The notes beneath the pieces were generated by a model that did not search any database, was not told where the DNA came from, and was given only the letters and a program-made list of their open reading frames with translations. Both the position numbers and the translations under genes were made by a program. A stretch of DNA of 64,000 nucleotides from Candidatus Bathyarchaeota archaeon. Its GTDB lineage: Archaea > Thermoproteota > Bathyarchaeia > Bathyarchaeales > Bathycorpusculaceae. Location of the stretch: contig CAVZKL010000018.1 in the NCBI GenBank assembly GCA_963775895.1, positions 67,768 to 131,767 on the forward strand. The letters run 5' to 3'. Position 1 is the first letter of the stretch. Every line of letters starts with the position of its first letter. Positions 61,619 to 64,000 of this stretch are shown one piece after another.

Positions 61619-62718
61619 CTAAAGATTTTGGGTCATTCCTAACTGCTGCCCTATAGTGCGCAACTCTTCCACGACTTTGCGGTTCAGAGGAATGCCTTCT
61701 CTTGCCAACTGTTCTGCTCGCTCGAATTCCTTCTCTCCGTGAATGTAGATGCGTTTTGCGCCTTCAGCTTTTGGTGCATCTTTCAAGCGCCGAACGAGGT
61801 CATCCATATCACGTTTGAATTCATCTTTCGAGCGGAAGGCATCGATACGCAAGGCTCCGAAGAAATGTCCGATTCCTGAAGGCAAAGGTTTTCCCTCTTC
61901 GTTTTTTGGATAGACCTTATTTGCATAAAGAGCACCTGGCAACACTGCGCTGAAGATCTCCACGGCCAAGGCCAGTCCATACCCCTTATGTCCGCCAGAC
62001 TCTTCCAAAGATCCGCCCAATGGAAGCAAGCCTCCTCCTGCTCGTGTCATAATGTTTTGAAGAACACGACGTGGGTCATCTGTGGCTGTCCCGTTCTCGT
62101 CAGTTGCCCAGTTCAATGGCATGGATTTTTCCAGACGGGCATAGACTTCCAACTTGCCACGCGTTACCGTGGCTGTTGACATGTCCAAAACGAAGGGTCG
62201 TTCTTTGCCAGCAGGGATCGCTATTGCTATAGGATTTGTGCCTAGTAAGGCGTTGCGAGCGAAAGTCGGGACTACTAGCACCTCAGAATTGGTTGTGCAG
62301 ATACCTATCATATCTTCAGGAAGACTCATCATAGCATAGAATCCAGCGATTCCAAAGTGGTTGGAGTTTCTGACGGCAACAAATCCAATTGAGTGTTCAC
62401 GTGCTTTGGCTATTGCGAGCTGCATTGCTCTGTAGGATACGGGCTGGCCCAGACCGGCATCAGCGTCTATTGTTGCTGTGTTCGGCGTTTCATGAACTGA
62501 TTTTCGGGTTGGCTTTTGGTCGCATCATCCCATGCTGAATGCCATTAACATATCGGCTCATACGTGCAACGCCATGAGACTCGATGCCCCGCAGATCCGC
62601 TTCCAAGAATACTCTGCTGTTGTCTGCGCGTCTTCAGAGGGACTTCCAGTGTCTCCAAAGCTTCAATACAAAACGACCTAACTTTGTCAACTGGAAAACG
62701 TTTTTCATTATCCATCAT
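61619..62718 (-). CDS. Ldh2-family (malate/L-lactate/sulfolactate dehydrogenase-like) oxidoreductase; frameshifts in 5' part
   Basis: ADLRGIESHGV, RNSNHFG, GTNPIA, LDMST, GHKGYGL. Confidence 0.88.
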
Positions 62719-62725
62719 TTTTCGA

Positions 62726-63842
62726 TCACCTTTTGATTTCATTCTCATAAATTTCAGCGACATATTCAGCTATAGCCGGTGCTGCCGTCAGCGCTGGCGA
62801 TTCTAGTCCGATAAGATTGATTAACCCAAAAAGATCTCTGTCAGCTTCATGCTTTATGATGAAATCCCTAAACCCATCGTTCGGCCCTTGAAGTTTCGGT
62901 CTAATCCCTGACGAATCGGCTTGAATTTGGTGTTCACGAAGGCCTGGCAAAAATCTTTCACATCCTCTCGAAATTCCTTTTCGCTGGATTCGACCTCATA
63001 GTCAATATTGTTTACGTAGTATGCGTTTGGCCCAAGCCTGATCGACCCGCCAAGGTCAGGGGTTAAATGAATCCCCAATCCTGCTCCCTTTGGAACAGGA
63101 TATACCAGCATCTTGACTGGGGGTTTTCCTAAGAGCCTGAAATAGTCTCCCTTACAGTGATGCAATCGGTAGCCAAGCCTGTCAACCTTCAATCCAACCA
63201 TCTCAGCAATCTTGTCCGCATAGAGACCACCACAGTTTATAACTGTCTTGGCGTTGACAACAAACTTTTCGTTCACGCTGGTGCCGCTGAGACTCATATC
63301 CATCCCTCATTTTTTCTGAGGCCTGTGACTTCTGTTTCCATCGAAAAGGCGGCGCCTTTTCTGTAAGCTTGCGCGTAGAAGTGATTCATTAATTCATCAG
63401 GTTCAACTATGCCTGTTGAAGGTGTGAAAAGAGCTCTTTCCACCTTGATATTCGGTTCTAGCTTCTTGATTTCTTCCTTGTCCAAGAATTTTAAACCTTC
63501 AGTTCCGTTGTCTTGACCCATTCGCATCAGCTTTTCCAGCTCGTCTATCTCTTCTTCTTCAACTGCTACAGTCAATTTCCCAAGTTTCTTGAAAGGAAGT
63601 CTGTATTTTTCACATATTTGATAGTTCATGTAGTTACCTTTTACACATAATCTAGCTTTGAGTGTGTTCTTGGGGTAATGGATACCTGAGTGAAGTACTC
63701 CGCTATTATGACTACTCGTCTCTTGCCCAAACTTCTTGTTTTTTTCGAAAACATAGATGCCTTCATTAGTTTCCGAAAGTTTTGCAGCGACGGATAAGCC
63801 TACGATGCCAGCTCCGATAATCGCTATGTTTACAGTTTCCAT
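62726..63842 (-). CDS. L-2-hydroxyglutarate oxidase-like (LhgO family) FAD oxidoreductase; 2 frameshifts
   Basis: [51 protein letters not shown]. Confidence 0.88.
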
Positions 63843-64000
63843 GGTCTACCACCAAAGTTCATGAGCTAATAAATCTTTTGCGCCCACCAGAACGGTGAAA
63901 CTTAAGAACGCGTACAATCATTGCAATTGTCTTGTGGTGAGAAAGTTGAAGCAGAAGACTAGTCATTCAAAGGAAGAAATTATGTATTTCGAGAAGCCAG

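Noticed and set aside
7523-63842. Many frameshifts as programmed recoding or mass pseudogenisation
   Set aside because: They hit essential argS and many unrelated genes as single-base indels without a common slippery motif; long-read error is the simpler explanation

Overview
Archaeal chromosomal window, most consistent with Bathyarchaeia. This is inferred from gene content: class I LysRS, two deoxyhypusine synthase paralogues, a dockerin-bearing peptide-binding protein, a p24/GOLD-like protein and AOR. Housekeeping and metabolic genes are mixed with many small accessory genes, and frequent single-base frameshifts (even in argS) point to long-read indel errors. Main observations: (1) a ~6.1 kb integrated rolling-circle element (30686-36832) with a HUH Rep, an SSV1-style split tyrosine integrase and two HEPN-like cargo genes, inserted in the 5' half of tRNA-Arg(GCG); (2) that tRNA has a 66-nt BHB intron in its D-loop that bisects the 33-bp att repeat, is missing from the other att copy, and is read in frame without stops by the integrase; (3) an intact hgcA-hgcB mercury-methylation pair next to the element; (4) alternating (CG)n runs of 8-9 bp confined to intergenic DNA, some lying exactly on gene-deletion junctions; (5) a G/T to C/A strand-skew switch near 37 kb. 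All calls come from motif recognition and hand reading; no database searches were run.
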